Positions 34,421-47,815 are shown, numbered from the whole stretch's first letter. The stretch is DNA of 53,928 nucleotides, filler included, from Squatina squatina (GCA_031763465.1; 4 parts of 4 records of this genome joined end to end with filler, not necessarily neighbours in it); one strand, 5' to 3'. The notes: generated by a model from the letters alone, not told the origin. Made by a program: numbers and translations.

Positions 34421-37400
34421 AATTTCAAATTCAAAATCTTGCAGCAACCAAGGTTTTTCATGACCAGATACTCTTCATGCTCCAGAAGCTGGAATGATAG
34501 CACAGCAGCTGCTTTTTGTTTATTTGAAGTTTTAATAGACCTTTTCCACATTAATATTAAAATGTACAATTAACTGAGATCAGTTCCAATTTCTGGGACT
34601 TGATCCCAATCCCCCAACCCAAATTATAGGTCCATTTTGAACCCATATACAAAAGGCATAGTTTAAATCCAACAATCAGATTTCCACACATGCTATGCCA
34701 TCCACCTTAAAACTATAAACTAATGTTTCAATCTAGTTGAAACTTAAAATATATTTAATTGAAAGGCTTATGGCAGGCAGACAAATTTATGAGAGGTAAA
34801 AAGGACCATTGATATCTAGGAAATGTGTCTGGAATGGACTGATATGGTGCCACTTCAGGATTTTCTAATCAAACAGACCACTTAATAACAACAAACATAT
34901 TTCATCGTTAATGAAGCACTATAAAGGAGGGTTCGATTCTTTCCATCAAAGCAAAGTATCAAGTAAAATCACACGGAGCAACAGAGGGGCATCATCGGAA
35001 GATCTTTTTCACATTAAGAATCCCATTAGAAAGAAAACACTAAAGGGTAATTGAATTTCCTTCAGTTATCTTCATCCCTGNNNNNNNNNNNNNNNNNNNN
35101 NNNNNNNNNNNNNNNNNNNNNNNNNNNNNNNNNNNNNNNNNNNNNNNNNNNNNNNNNNNNNNNNNNNNNNNNNNNNNNNNTTACTATTTATATCTTCCTT
35201 GTTATTCTTAACAGCTGGGGATGCAGACCAGGCCCATGCTGAAGTCCATTAATCACTGCCTCCCAGCCAGAGCTGTTTCCATTTATCATTACTTTCTGTT
35301 TCCTATTGCTAAGTCTGCAAATTTGACCCAATAGCTAATTTTACATTAAGAAGCTTTAATCTTCTTTATAAGCCTTGTATATGGAACGTCACAAAAGCTC
35401 TCTTAAAACCCCAGCAAATTAAGCCAATGCTGTTGTCGAGCCACTTAAATACCTTCCTCAGAAATCCCAGCATATTGGGAGGAGGATTGTAAGTTTGCAA
35501 TTTTTTTAAGAGTTAGAAGATTTAAAATACGGATTTGCTCTCTATGCCCCAGTACCAGCTAATTTTATGTTTTGCTCTGCTGGTTTTACCCTTTTGGATC
35601 TTCATATTTGGAAAGGGTTATTCACTGTACTGCTATTTGGGATTTAATAAATATTGAACTTTTCATGCATTTTTGATCATTACAAATGTTAACGTTTCAA
35701 ATAGTTTTTTGACGCCTGACACTAATTTACAGCATAATCCCATCTGGTTGATATGAACTACCCTTGCATTTCAAGGAACCGATAATTTGATTACAATCTA
35801 CCTCTTTGACGATGTTTCTGGCCATCCCTCCCAACATCTCTTTCTTTGGCTCAGTGAAGCACCTTGGGCTTTTTTTCCCCTATGTTTAAGTCTCCATATA
35901 AATACAAGTTCTTTTTCGTGCAGCAAAGCCTGCATTGGCCCACACACATTATCTGTAGCTGTCAATATAGATTCAAAGGAAGCAACTAAAATTCCTTTTA
36001 ATCTTCAGTGATATTTGTATATATAATACACGCATCTCAGGACGAAATCTCACTTGTACTATTGTCTTCCTTAGAAGGATCACCTAGATTTAAACATTAT
36101 TCCATGGTTAGTACTGATGAATTCTTGGGAGGAAGTAGCATAAAAGTGTGTTATTGAGTCCTCAAATAGTTTGGTAAAAGTGTTTGCTCAGCACCATATT
36201 GGAGTTCATTTTTGTTCAGCAATGCCCATTGGGGATGGTTGGTTTTATCATCAGTGATTGTGGATGGACCACTGCAATTTTGCACAGTATTTGAAGTGCC
36301 TTTGGCAGATAATGATGAAAACCCAGCTATGGAGGTTTGTTTTTGAAGCAGGCAATGTATTGCATGGACCATAAGGACATTTTCAAATGCAGGCTCATCA
36401 CATGATTTCCCCACAATTTAAGCCAGGCTATGCTTTTATCAATATGTGGAAGAAGTGGAATTAAGAAGAATTATGATACCATCCCATTGGTCCAGTTAAA
36501 AAGAACAGCCTGGATTATTTAACCACATGAACTTTGTGGAAGACCTTGCTGTGCTCCCTTAGCACAGCAGGTGAGCGGACTAGTGCTCCCATTAAGCCCC
36601 AGTAGCTCCGCCACTGAAATTCTTTTCTTCAAGAGCCCCAATACACATATAAAGAGAATATAATTTTTTTTCATCAGCATTAATACGGTGCAAAAATCAA
36701 ACAAATTTGGCAGCTGGCACTACCAACGTGGCGCTCTCCAATTGGGCCCCCCTGGTCTTTGTGCTTTCTGCTACACATATGGTTAGTGGAGGGGGCTGGC
36801 AGGAGGGTCCGGACAGTACTGTCATCCATGCCAACTCCAGCCAAACCTCTGCTAGGTCCTGGGTCAAGTGTGCAGGGCAATCGACCTCCCGGCACCAATC
36901 CAATCAGCCGGTTCGAAAGATGTTCCANNNNNNNNNNNNNNNNNNNNNNNNNNNNNNNNNNNNNNNNNNNNNNNNNNNNNNNNNNNNNNNNNNNNNNNNN
37001 NNNNNNNNNNNNNNNNNNNNNNNNNNNNNNNNNNNNNNNNNNNNNNNNNNNNNNNNNNNNNNNNNNNNNNNNNNNNNNNNNNNNNNNNNNNNNNNNNNNN
37101 NNNNNNNNNNNNNNNNNNNNNNNNNNNNNNNNNNNNNNNNNNNNNNNNNNNNNNNNNNNNNNNNNNNNNNNNNNNNNNNNNNNNNNNNNNNNNNNNNNNN
37201 NNNNNNNNNNNNNNNNNNNNNNNNNNNNNNNNNNNNNNNNNNNNNNNNNNNNNNNNNNNNNNNNNNNNNNNNNNNNNNNNNNNNNNNNNNNNNNNNNNNN
37301 NNNNNNNNNNNNNNNNNNNNNNNNNNNNNNNNNNNNNNNNNNNNNNNNNNNNNNNNNNNNNNNNNNNNNNNNNNNNNNNNNNNNNNNNNNNNNNNNNNNN

Positions 37401-38524
37401 NNNNNNNNNNNNNNNNNNNNNNNNNNNNNNNNNNNNNNNNNNNNNNNNNNNNNNNNNNNNNNNNNNNNNNNNNNNNNNNNNNNNNNNNNNNNNNNNNNNN
37501 NNNNNNNNNNNNNNNNNNNNNNNNNNNNNNNNNNNNNNNNNNNNNNNNNNNNNNNNNNNNNNNNNNNNNNNNNNNNNNNNNNNNNNNNNNNNNNNNNNNN
37601 NNNNNNNNNNNNNNNNNNNNNNNNNNNNNNNNNNNNNNNNNNNNNNNNNNNNNNNNNNNNNNNNNNNNNNNNNNNNNNNNNNNNNNNNNNNNNNNNNNNN
37701 NNNNNNNNNNNNNNNNNNNNNNNNNNNNNNNNNNNNNNNNNNNNNNNNNNNNNNNNNNNNNNNNNNNNNNNNNNNNNNNNNNNNNNNNNNNNNNNNNNNN
37801 NNNNNNNNNNNNNNNNNNNNNNCACACCAATGCTGCCAACTGACGAACATTTACTATAAATCTTCAATTTATAATTAGTGAAGATAGAAAATGCCAGAAG
37901 AGAGAAGAAAACATATTTATCATGATGTAGTTCAGCATTATCCACTTCATTCAAAATTACCAAGGAACACCCCAGTCTAAACAACTTCCAAATAAGCCTC
38001 AGCTGAATCAAACCTTAAGTGAGTTTTAATAGTTCTGGAAACAGCTTAATGGTCAATATCTTTCATGACCAATTTAATATTTCAACACTGCATGTACACG
38101 CATTACAAGAACAATAAAACAATTTGATGTGCATAGTACATAAAAGGTCTGAGGTAGCCATCTCCCAGTGGTACTGAAAAAACACGCTAAAAGCCTCAGA
38201 CCTGACCACTAATGCTTCTAAAGTGCCGGAAATCATATTTTAGCACTTCAAAAGAGATGGGTTGTAAGATGCAATTAACTGAGTCAATAAATTCATACCT
38301 ATTCCTAACTGTAAATTGCTGTTATTCAGAGAAGTTTCAAACCATATTTGCAGCTCATTCTATTCATCTTAGAGCAATGAATCACAAAACAGAAATAGCT
38401 GTACTTAAAGATACAATTATATCTTTGCATATATAAAAGGTACAGGGAGATTATATTTTTCTCCTCTATAGTGCAAACAATTAATTCCTCCTATTTAGTT
38501 AGTTTTACATACAACACTGGCAGT

Positions 38525-38821
38525 GCAGTAGCATTCTCACCTGAGCCAGACGGCCGTGGGTTCCCATTCCAGAGACTTCAGCGAATAATCTCGGCCGACA
38601 TTGTCAGAGGTGCCGTCTTTCGGATAAGACATTAATTCGAGGCCCCCATCTACTCTCTCAGGTGAACATAAAAGATGGCACTAATCTAATAAGCGCAGGG
38701 GAGTCCTCCTGGGTTCCTGGACAACATTTATCCCTCAAAACGCATAAAACAGATGATCTAGTTATTTATTTCATTGCTATTTGTGGAACCTTACTGTGCA
38801 CAATTTGGCTGCTGCGTTTCC
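38525..38821 (+). mobile_element. SacSINE1/Deu-domain SINE (partial)
   Basis: gtagcattctcacctgag...ggtgccgtctttcggat...attgct.tttgtgg...aatttggctgctgcgtttcc. Confidence 0.8.
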
Positions 38822-40452
38822 NNNNNNNNNNNNNNNNNNNNNNNNNNNNNNNNNNNNNNNNNNNNNNNNNNNNNNNNNNNNNNNNNNNNNNNNNNNNNNN
38901 NNNNNNNNNNNNNNNNNNNNNTGCATGAGTCAAGTTCTTTAAGTGATCAAGAGAGAGAGTTTGGTTTCACTGTGGGTGATAAAAGTGCCTCCCTCCTGCT
39001 ACTATCTACAAGCTTACAACAGATGATCATTAAAGCCTCTCCAATCTTGAGTCTGTGTAAATGTGTTCTATTAGTCCATGGTCTGTCTGTTTGGCAACTC
39101 CAGCCCTGAAGACAAATGGCAACTGCTGCCCCGAGAGGTCTGAAGTCAAGTCAATAGGGAATCTCAACCCTAACTGGAAGAACCGATGCCTGTTCATTAT
39201 AGATTGCTCCAGGGGAAACATGCGTGCAGCCATTAGGGCCATTAAAAAGGGCTAATTATTTTCATATTAGTTTCAAAAGTTAGACACAATAGTTACACAA
39301 CTGAGTGACAAAAAGAAAGCTACAAATGTTAAAAGCTAAATAAAATTGAAAATAATAAAAATAAGAAAAATTGCAGATGCTGGAAATCAAATAAAAACAG
39401 AAAGGCTGGAACACTCAGAAGGTCAGTCAGCATCTAAACAAGAACAAATTAATGCTTTACATATGGACACTTCAGCANNNNNNNNNNNNNNNNNNNNNNN
39501 NNNNNNNNNNNNNNNNNNNNNNNNNNNNNNNNNNNNNNNNNNNNNNNNNNNNNNNNNNNNNNNNNNNNNNNNNNNNNTTAATTCCAATGGAAAAGTCATA
39601 AGAAACCCACACCAGTAAATGTTGAAGCCATTCTGGTCAACAATGAAATTAACATTTATTCTGTTTTGTTCTGCTTCACACAATAGATAGTACATGTGAA
39701 GTTATCAAGCTAAGACTAATCTTTGTGTGATTAAAAACATGATTTTTTGACCTTAGCTTTTTGATCTTTGACACCCATCCCACTCCATCTACCCTACAAA
39801 ATTAATTAAGATTTTAGAATGAAAATATCACAACCCACCCCATCTCCCCCTGAAAATTAATCAACATCACACTCTATCCGATATCTACATCCTCAAAGAG
39901 TCTGGCTGAATTCTTATCCCAGGTCTCTCAAGTTTTCATGTCAGCAAGGTCTGTCCTATTCATTAGGAAATAAATTGCTTTTGTGACCCTGGCCTTCCAT
40001 TTTAGATGATGTAAAATTTTAAACTGTAGGAAGATCATACCATCAGTTTTTTAAAAAAAAAGTTGAACTACATTTTAGTCAAAATATCCTTACTTTCCAC
40101 CATAAAATGTTTTCAGTTCATGTCTAAATCTCACCATCCTCCAAGCAATGTAATGAACCCCAGAGATCAATCTCTACACCCTCCATGTGATTAGAGTAGC
40201 ATTAAACATTTCTATGACATGTATGACAAATAGGTGCATTAGATTCTGTAATCTATTTATCTAGCCCATGCAAGTTGCTGCAGTCCTCTGTCCAGCACAA
40301 CCAAGCACAAAAAAACTGCATTTTTAAGGATAACTTTTTAGGTGTACAACAAATATTTTGTTTGATTTGCCAAGTGCACGCCACAGAGCTTGAGTTATAG
40401 AGAGGCTTAGAGAAAGTGAGTGAGACACACACACAGACAGAGGCCAGCCGGC

Positions 40453-40456
<4 letters not shown>

Positions 40457-40497
<41 letters not shown>
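40457..40497. repeat. (GA)n microsatellite
   Basis: About 20 GA units. Confidence 0.95.
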
Positions 40498-40500
<3 letters not shown>

Positions 40501-40681
40501 AGAGTCAGATAGAGAGAGTGCGTGGGGGAAGAGACGGAGACGAGAGGGAGCAGGGGACTTGAACACACAATCTTGTGACTCAAAGGAGAGATCGCTACCC
40601 ATTAAGCCACAGATTACACTGTGGAGCCGACAGAGCGGCCAAGAGCACAAGACCCTCGAAGCAAGCACGAGAGACCGACCG

Positions 40682-40781
40682 NNNNNNNNNNNNNNNNNNN
40701 NNNNNNNNNNNNNNNNNNNNNNNNNTTAATTAATTAANNNNNNNNNNNNNNNNNNNNNNNNNNNNNNNNNNNNNNNNNNNN
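40682..40781. other. Artificial scaffold linker N44-TTAATTAATTAA-N44
   Basis: Same 100-nt cassette, core at 40726-40737. Confidence 0.97.
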
Positions 40782-41068
40782 CTCAGAATAAGGGGGCGCC
40801 CATTTAAGACTGAGATGAGGAAGAATTTCTTCTCTCAGAGGGTTGAGAGTCTTTGGAACTCCTTGCCAGAGAGCTGTGGGGGGTGAGTCCTTGTGTATAT
40901 TTAAGGCTGAGATAGATAGATTTCTAATCAGTAAGGGAATCAAGGGTTATGGGGCAAAGGGCAGAAAGGTGGACTTGAGGAATGTCAGATCAGCCATGAT
41001 CCAATCGATGGCGGAGCAGGCTCGAGGGGCCGAAAGGCCTATTCCTGTTCCTACTTCTTATGGTCTTA
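40782..41068 (+). mobile_element. CR1 LINE ORF2 C-terminus and 3'UTR
   Basis: RIRGRPFKTEMRKNFFSQRV..LWNSLP.RAV..SLCIFKAEIDRFLISKGIKGYG followed by the ggctcgaggggccgaaaggcct.ttcctgttcct tail. Confidence 0.92.
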
Positions 41069-41206
41069 TTAGTGGGAAACAAATAGTCACAACTGTTCTA
41101 GTGCTCATAATAGAATAAGCAACCATTCTGTTTTCAGCTTTCACTGCTTCATGGGTGGTGTCATTAACAATTTTTGTACGATTAACTGCCAGATAATCCA
41201 TCTTAC

Positions 41207-41338
41207 CACTTTAACACTGAGCATGGAAACACCATGATCGTGAAGTTCATCTTCAAACAACAAAACTTCTTCAAAATACATGATCTGCTCTCTTGTTTTC
41301 AATTTCTCCAAATCAATACGTTCAGTTGTGGGAGTAAC
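41207..41338 (-). CDS. TIPRL: TIP41-like protein, coding exon 4
   Basis: tttcag|GTT...GTG|gtaag, 132 bp; [44 protein letters not shown]. Confidence 0.97.
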
Positions 41339-41594
41339 CTGAAACAGAGATGAATGTATACCATTCAGCCAGCTAAAGAATGACAATAATATTGTCTAAA
41401 GGAACAAGGCAGCTATTAAATGAGTATGATTATCCTTGCATCTCACTACAATGTCACTGATAAAAAAAAGGCAATGAGTCAATAAACTGGCTAACATTTT
41501 AATGATTAATTTCAACAGATTAAATGTGCACCTATCAAGAAAACTGTCTTAAGCATTAGTAACATCATAACAACAGGGCTGAATTAAAGTCAGT

Positions 41595-42190
41595 GGGCTA
41601 GAAATTCATGTTCGCCACGAAAGTTGCCGGTGGTTAACGTCCGCTGAAAATGGTCGCAACACTAAGGTGAATAAATTCATCTGGGGGGCAGATTGGTGGC
41701 ACAGTGCTAAATTTCCATNNNNNNNNNNNNNNNNNNNNNNNNNNNNNNNNNNNNNNNNNNNNNNNNNNNNNNNNNNNNNNNNNNNNNNNNNNNNNNNNNN
41801 NNNNNNNNNNNNNNNNNNACAATAAATAAAAAAAAAGTCCAAAACCTTAAATCTAAACTTACCTGAAAGATGTATTTTTAAGAGGTGCTGACATTGCCAC
41901 TGTCAGCCTGCTTGCACACCAGGTTTACCTGGTGTGCTTAGGATCCAGCGCTGAATTCAGTGCTAGGTTCAAAGTTCGGAGTGGTGACGTTAAGTCAGCG
42001 ATGCACACCAATTGACCTCACCACACCGCCATTTTTTCCCCAGGATGCTGCCAGTTACCGGCAGCGCAAAGGGAGGGAGGAAAATGTCGGCCACCGCGGA
42101 CACGGCACCAGCTGGCGAAAGAGCAGCCGTCACCAGTTTTTCGCCATTTCATGGCGCTAGAGTGACGGTAAATGGATGAATTTCTAACCC
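41595..42190. mobile_element. PIF/Harbinger-type MITE in TIPRL intron 3 (contains a 100-N gap)
   Basis: 15-bp TIRs GGGCTAGAAATTCAT / ATGAATTTCTAACCC (1 mismatch), flanked by a 3-bp direct repeat AGT. Confidence 0.75.
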
Positions 42191-42208
42191 AGTATTGTCA
42201 GAAGTTAC

Positions 42209-42308
42209 CTTTAACTTTAAATCGTCACCAAGTAACGTTCCTTTATAGTCTGTAGTAAATGTCCAATCGTAGGGTTTAACAACTTCTTTCGAGTGTTCAG
42301 AATCAGCC
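42209..42308 (-). CDS. TIPRL: TIP41-like protein, coding exon 3
   Basis: cttag|GGC...AAG|gtaac, 100 bp; [33 protein letters not shown]. Confidence 0.97.
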
Positions 42309-42702
42309 CTAAGATTAAAACAGGTATGTAGTTTGAAATTAATTATGCACAACTTATTCTGTCAACCATTATGAAATCAGCCAAAACTCAATAAATGATC
42401 TACCCCCCAAAATTAGGATAATCCTAACAGGTGATCATTAAGACCATTATGTTACAATTTCCTAGTTAAATTGCTCAATTAATAAAGTTAAAGTTAGATA
42501 TAATAATAGTACTTGTTGCAGTATCTGAAAATTAATTTGAATGCACTGTGGAAATCAGTAACAACAAAGCTAAATTCACTTATATTTAATACAAGATCAA
42601 ATCAGCACCATACCAGCAACAAATAAAAAATCAGGTCTTATTTATGGACATCACCTGCGAAACTAAAGGATAGGTTTTCGCACTTGCAGTATTTGACCTC
42701 AC

Positions 42703-42882
42703 CTGCTCTCCTGCCATGCCTCTGCACATGCTACTTTCACCATGCCATGCCCATTATCCACTGTCCTTAAGGCATCTGTAGCATTAAATGCAATTCCAAA
42801 TCCACCAGCATGTTGCACCTTTAAGACATTATCACCGAACAACATCTCTGGAAGAGAATGCATCTTCATTTCCTCAGCTAAC
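42703..42882 (-). CDS. TIPRL: TIP41-like protein, coding exon 2
   Basis: cacag|GTT...CAG|gtgag, 180 bp; [60 protein letters not shown]. Confidence 0.96.
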
Positions 42883-43765
42883 CTGTGTGGTTAACCAATC
42901 AGACGAAAGTTGAAAACATTAGGAAAGACTGCATCCATTAACATGCTTTCATCTATGTTGGACGATCAGTAACATCCTCACCAATCAGCTGGAAGATCTA
43001 CTTTTACATTTGAGTGTAAACTAAAAAACATATGATACCAACGGGACTGATCAATTTATTTTAACATGAATTGCATTACTTGAGAAATAGATTTGACCAA
43101 ATTCATCAAAAATGGTGGCTAAATAAAACTTCTATGCAAATAATTTTTCACATTGTATTCTATATGTATTATTCCTAATCTACAGTGGCTGCAACAGTAT
43201 GCCTTAAGAAATGGAGGAAAGGTTATATCAAGTTTAGGCGATTTTGATCCAAGCTGGTTGCAAGTCAACTTCAAATTTTAGCTTTGTTGATCAGTACATG
43301 AAAGCATCCAGGGGGAAAATTAATTTATGGGAGTTGAAAAAGTCCAAGAGTCTTGGACTTGAATTAAGGATTTAGCAGAACAAATAACCATCAACCTTAC
43401 AATACTATGGCAATAGAAGATCATGACCATATAGTACTGTGTTGTAGNNNNNNNNNNNNNNNNNNNNNNNNNNNNNNNNNNNNNNNNNNNNNNNNNNNNN
43501 NNNNNNNNNNNNNNNNNNNNNNNNNNNNNNNNNNNNNNNNNNNNNNNTTAGAAAGGTGATATTGTACCCCAAAGTCGGCCTGCTTCTGTAGTGACCACAT
43601 TATTGTGTGTGGAATTTTAGTATGAAGAATCCCCATAAACATGATGTGCAGTCTGAATAAATAATAATCCACATCAGTAATTTAATATTTCTATACTTAT
43701 ACATTAAGATATTACTAGACAGCAAATAAGTTCAGTCTAAAAAGCAAAAAAACCTAATTTCATAC

Positions 43766-43869
43766 TTTTCAATGTCTTTTGATTTCATAATATGGCTTTT
43801 GTTGGCAGTGAGCTTCCATGGTCCAAAGTTAAATTCTTGTTTGCTGTTTTTGAAACTGTGCGTTGTCAT
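43766..43869 (-). CDS. TIPRL: TIP41-like protein, coding exon 1
   Basis: ATG...GAAAA|gtatg, 104 bp; [35 protein letters not shown]; splice phases are consistent through exon 4. Confidence 0.95.
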
Positions 43870-44901
43870 AGTGGTCAAATATCACCTAAAAGAACATATC
43901 CAGTTACTTCTATATATCATCTCAATGATATTGTATATATACAATGATAATGCAATTGTATCTTTGATCACATAAATCCTTCCGCTTGAGGATTTTAAAC
44001 AAATTCTGTATTATAGAAGTCATTTTTATACACTTGTTTATTGCTAAGAAATCTATTCAGGGACTGACTCTATACTGTATGCATCAAGGTGACCCTAGGG
44101 CATTTTTCTAAGCATTCTGAAATAGCTCTGAAGTATGTAAATTAATTAATTATACCTGAAATATTAATAGTTACAACATACATCACTTGACTTTATTGGG
44201 CTTTGCAGAGCTACTATTCTGTCAGCTAAATGAAGAGACTCAATCAAGCAACAGACTCAATCAAGCAACAGACTGCAGCTTCCAGAATGCACCAAACTCA
44301 CTCTGCGTAAGCACTCTACATGACAACTCCTCGAACGGACGTTAAGGTTGGCCTCACTCGAATTCCAATGACTACCACTACATTTTGGAGCTAGCTAGAA
44401 GCAAGATGCATCACACATTATTTTTTAAAATGACGACTAACTGGCCTTTCACAGATATGCCATGAGTTAATGCTCGTAAACCCAATCTGTCTTATTTATC
44501 TTCACCATGGTCCAGTAATGAACAAGGTTGAGAAAACTGACTGCAAAGAAGCCAATATTAAGACTGCAGAACATAATTCACATTGGGAGAGTCACATAGA
44601 AAAAGAAAAGTAACTGTGAATGTTCTTTTTTGTTTTTATGAAAATAGCAAAACAAATAAACCATGATCGTTTTTAACTTTATCTGAAGTAACTGTGAAAG
44701 GAAAAACAATGTTTCTAACTATATCTAGAAGGTTATTTATTTGTCACAGCAGACGTCATGTACAGATTTATTTATAATTACGTGAAGACAACAAATTTAC
44801 TNNNNNNNNNNNNNNNNNNNNNNNNNNNNNNNNNNNNNNNNNNNNNNNNNNNNNNNNNNNNNNNNNNNNNNNNNNNNNNNNNNNNNNNNNNNNNNNNNNN
44901 N

Positions 44902-45086
44902 TCATGATCGCTACAACCAAGGCTGCCCTGGAGCGTCACGTTTCCAACCAGCCCCTCCCTGTTGGTGAGCACGAGGTCAAGCATGGCACCTCTCCTTGTC
45001 GGCTCCTCTATTACTTGCAGAAGGAAGCTGTCTTCCACACAATTGAGGAACTTCCTGGATTGCTTGTGCTGGGCCATACCATCCCT
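44902..45086 (-). mobile_element. CR1 ORF2 endonuclease fragment with a sauropsid/avian-like sequence
   Basis: RDGMAQHKQSRKFLNCVEDSFLLQVIEEPTRRGAMLDLVLTNREGLVGNVTLQGSLGCSDH, uninterrupted. Confidence 0.88.
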
Positions 45087-45457
45087 GTCCTGAGTCTAAT
45101 TTGCAATATAAACCTTCAGTCAAAGTCCATGGAAGCATAAAATAATATTTTCATTGAGTTCTGTAATATTCAGCTTCAGTATTTAGAGAATGTAATCTTA
45201 CAAAAAAAGATAGTAAAATGATGTCAGTATACTAAAAATTATGAAATCTCCTCAGACTGAACCAAAAGACAGTATATACTGAAGCATGGTTTCCTGTTCA
45301 GTGAAATCTATTATTAGTTCAAGATAATATTCCATGGCCTAGAGATTCAGGAGGGCCCATTTTTGAGCCTTAAGAGGCTGTGTAACGCTACGCAACCCAA
45401 TTTCTAGACCTTGGTATACAATTCAGAAATAATAAAAAGGTCGGGAATTACTAAAGT

Positions 45458-45760
45458 TTATGAAAATAAGCACCAGTAAATGAAATTAAAAAGAACAAAC
45501 GACGCAGGAAATAAAACCCTTGAGTAAGTATCAATAGCATGATTGCTCTTTATAATCATTTCAGTGATATTCCCCTTCATAGATTTCTTCCTTCTTAACT
45601 GTTGATCACCTGGATTTGGGCAAGATACACGTTCTCTAGCCTCAGTATTTGCTACACTTAAACGAGCTTCAGTGTAGTCTGCCAGGTCCAGCTGACTGTC
45701 ATGGTAACAGCCATCAAAAGCCATGGTCTGTGTCTGATTCAACCTAAAGGAATCTGAAAA
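45458..45760 (-). CDS. GABRR3: GABA-A receptor rho3, last exon (intracellular loop and M4)
   Basis: ttttcag|TTT; QTMAFDGCYHDS...IIKSNHAIDTYSRVLFPASFVLFNFIYWCLFS*; MAFDGCYHD is typical of rho3. Confidence 0.9.
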   Translation of the reverse strand, partial: FSDSFRLNQTQTMAFDGCYHDSQLDLADYTEARLSVANTEARERVSCPNPGDQQLRRKKSMKGNITEMIIKSNHAIDTYSRVLFPASFVLFNFIYWCLFS

Positions 45761-46583
45761 CTGAAAAATAAAGGTGCCTTTGTGATTATCACTAGTACTG
45801 AAACATCTACATAAGAGTGACTGAGAAAATGATATGGTCTTTAAAACCAATCTTCGATTTACAAATCGGTTTACTGCAAAATAATTTATTAAGTGCATCT
45901 TCAAGTCTGTAAAACCAAATGACTATACTGTCAAATAATTACAATTTTATTTAAAATCAGCTTCTTTCCTCTCCATGAAACAACGGGGTGAATTTTCTTC
46001 TCAGAATATGGACAGGATTCAGGCCCTGGGATGAGGGAATTGCTTGAGAACTGGTCCTGGCTAATTATCAGTTGATAATAGATGTATTTTTCCTGTGTTT
46101 TTGTGATTAGATCGTGAAGGAATGGTTATATAATGACAGGCAACATTGTCATCAACTCCAAGAAACTGACTATACAGAAACTCTTTCCAAGAGTTCTGAA
46201 GAACAGAAAGGAGGCCCAATTGGCTTGCGCCGTGCTGGTAACTTAAATTACTGAAAAGACATGTTTTGTGCATCGTTTCTGTGCCGCTCTCAAAGTGCTG
46301 AATTGGTGTCTTTAAATTTGTCTTTCAGGTGTGTTCCAAATTGGGCTTCGAATCAGCGTAAATGGGTGCCGGTGCGGTGCTAATTGGGTGAGATAGATCT
46401 CACAGGACCAATTCACTGAACTAGCTCATGAGGCTCAATCACTTACCAGCCCACCTTAGCCCTTAAAGGCAATGTTTGAACTCAGTGAACTCACTGCTCA
46501 GGTCAGTCTTGTCTGTAACAGCTCAGAGGGGAGGTATTCTGGTGAAGTTGTGGAAAGCTTGGAGATCTGTTTGGCGTGCAGCC

Positions 46584-47150
46584 ATGGCAGCAGGTGAACA
46601 AGGGGCAGAGCCCAAGGTCCTCCGATGAGGCAGTGGAGACTCTAGTTACATCTGTTGAGAGGAGGGCCGCACAACCTTTTGCTAAGGTGGGCCGAAGGGG
46701 AAGTGCATAAATGGTGAGGGCGTTATGGAGGCTAATAACTGGGGAGGTCTCCACCTCAGATGTGGTTGAGTGCACAGGACATTAGTGTCGCAAAAAGTTC
46801 AATGACCTAAGTCGTGCAGTCAAAGTAAGTGGGCTGTGCTGTTGAATGTACAAATGTGCAAGTGTGATAAAAGTCTTGTGACTAGGGAGGCTATCTCAGC
46901 ATCATCTTGCTTTGATCTCTTCGACATGCATGCATCATTAATTGTAGCATTGCAACAAATGGCACAGCTTCTTGGGCATGACATGCAGTGGCTATATTAA
47001 TGGAAAGTCTGTAGCTTACTACATTTCTCTTATTTTATGCAGTCGACGCTAGCGATGAACAAACATGAGCAGCAGCATACAGGTGGAGGGGAGGCTGCCG
47101 AAATACCACTATCTTCCATTGAGCAGGACATCACCAGGATACTGGGTCAA
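46584..47150 (+). mobile_element. PIF/Harbinger Myb/SANT DNA-binding gene relic (2 exons, intron 46825-47042)
   Basis: PRSSDEAVETLV..VERR..F...W..I..EV......T...CRKKFNDL.R.VK|gtaagt, then tgcag|STLAMNKHEQQHTGGGEAAEIPLSSIEQDITRILG; in-frame stops; TIR-like GGGGTGAATTTT near 45985. Confidence 0.82.
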
Positions 47151-47496
47151 GACTTTGGGCATCCTGTGACAGGCAGTGGTGTACTTTCCCTTGCTGCAGA
47201 TGATGGCAAGTGACTGTGTGCATGAGTAGCATTGCTGCTTGGTACCCTTTCGCCTCACAATGCAGTCCATTGTAANNNNNNNNNNNNNNNNNNNNNNNNN
47301 NNNNNNNNNNNNNNNNNNNNNNNNNNNNNNNNNNNNNNNNNNNNNNNNNNNNNNNNNNNNNNNNNNNNNNNNNNNGTCATCGACCCGAAACGTTGACTCT
47401 GTTTTTCTCTCCGCAGATGCTGCCTGACCTGCTGAGTTTTTCCAGCATTTTTGTTTGTATTCTAGATTCCAGCATCCACAGTATTTTGCTTCTGTA

Positions 47497-47815
47497 TTAA
47501 TATCTCTTTGTAATTTCATACTTCCATCTACACTGCTTACAATGCCACCTGCCTTTGTGTCATTGGTAAACTTGGATATGTGGCTCTCTATCCTGTCATC
47601 TAAGTAGTTACTAAATACAGTGAATAGTTGAGGCCCCAACACAGATCCCTGTGGGACGCCACTAGTCACATCCTGCCAATTAGAATACCTGCCCATTGTC
47701 CTGACACTCAGTCTCCTGTCGCTCAGCCAAATGTCTTTAGTCACTTCCTCAAAAATGTCATTCAGGTTTGTCAGGCATGACCTACCTTTCACAAAACCAT
47801 GCTGACTCTCTATTA
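47497..47815 (-). mobile_element. CR1 LINE reverse transcriptase fragment with an internal deletion
   Basis: SQHGFVKGRSCLTNL..FEEVT...VTSGVPQGSVLGPQLF...ISKFTNDTK.GG. Confidence 0.93.

Noticed and set aside
36680-38011. Long ORFs (200-443 aa) here and at 22876-23919 and 51453-52254
   Set aside because: They consist mostly of X from N gaps and are artefacts.
44236-44275. 17-bp tandem duplication AGACTCAATCAAGCAAC upstream of TIPRL
   Set aside because: Simple two-copy slippage with no evidence of function.
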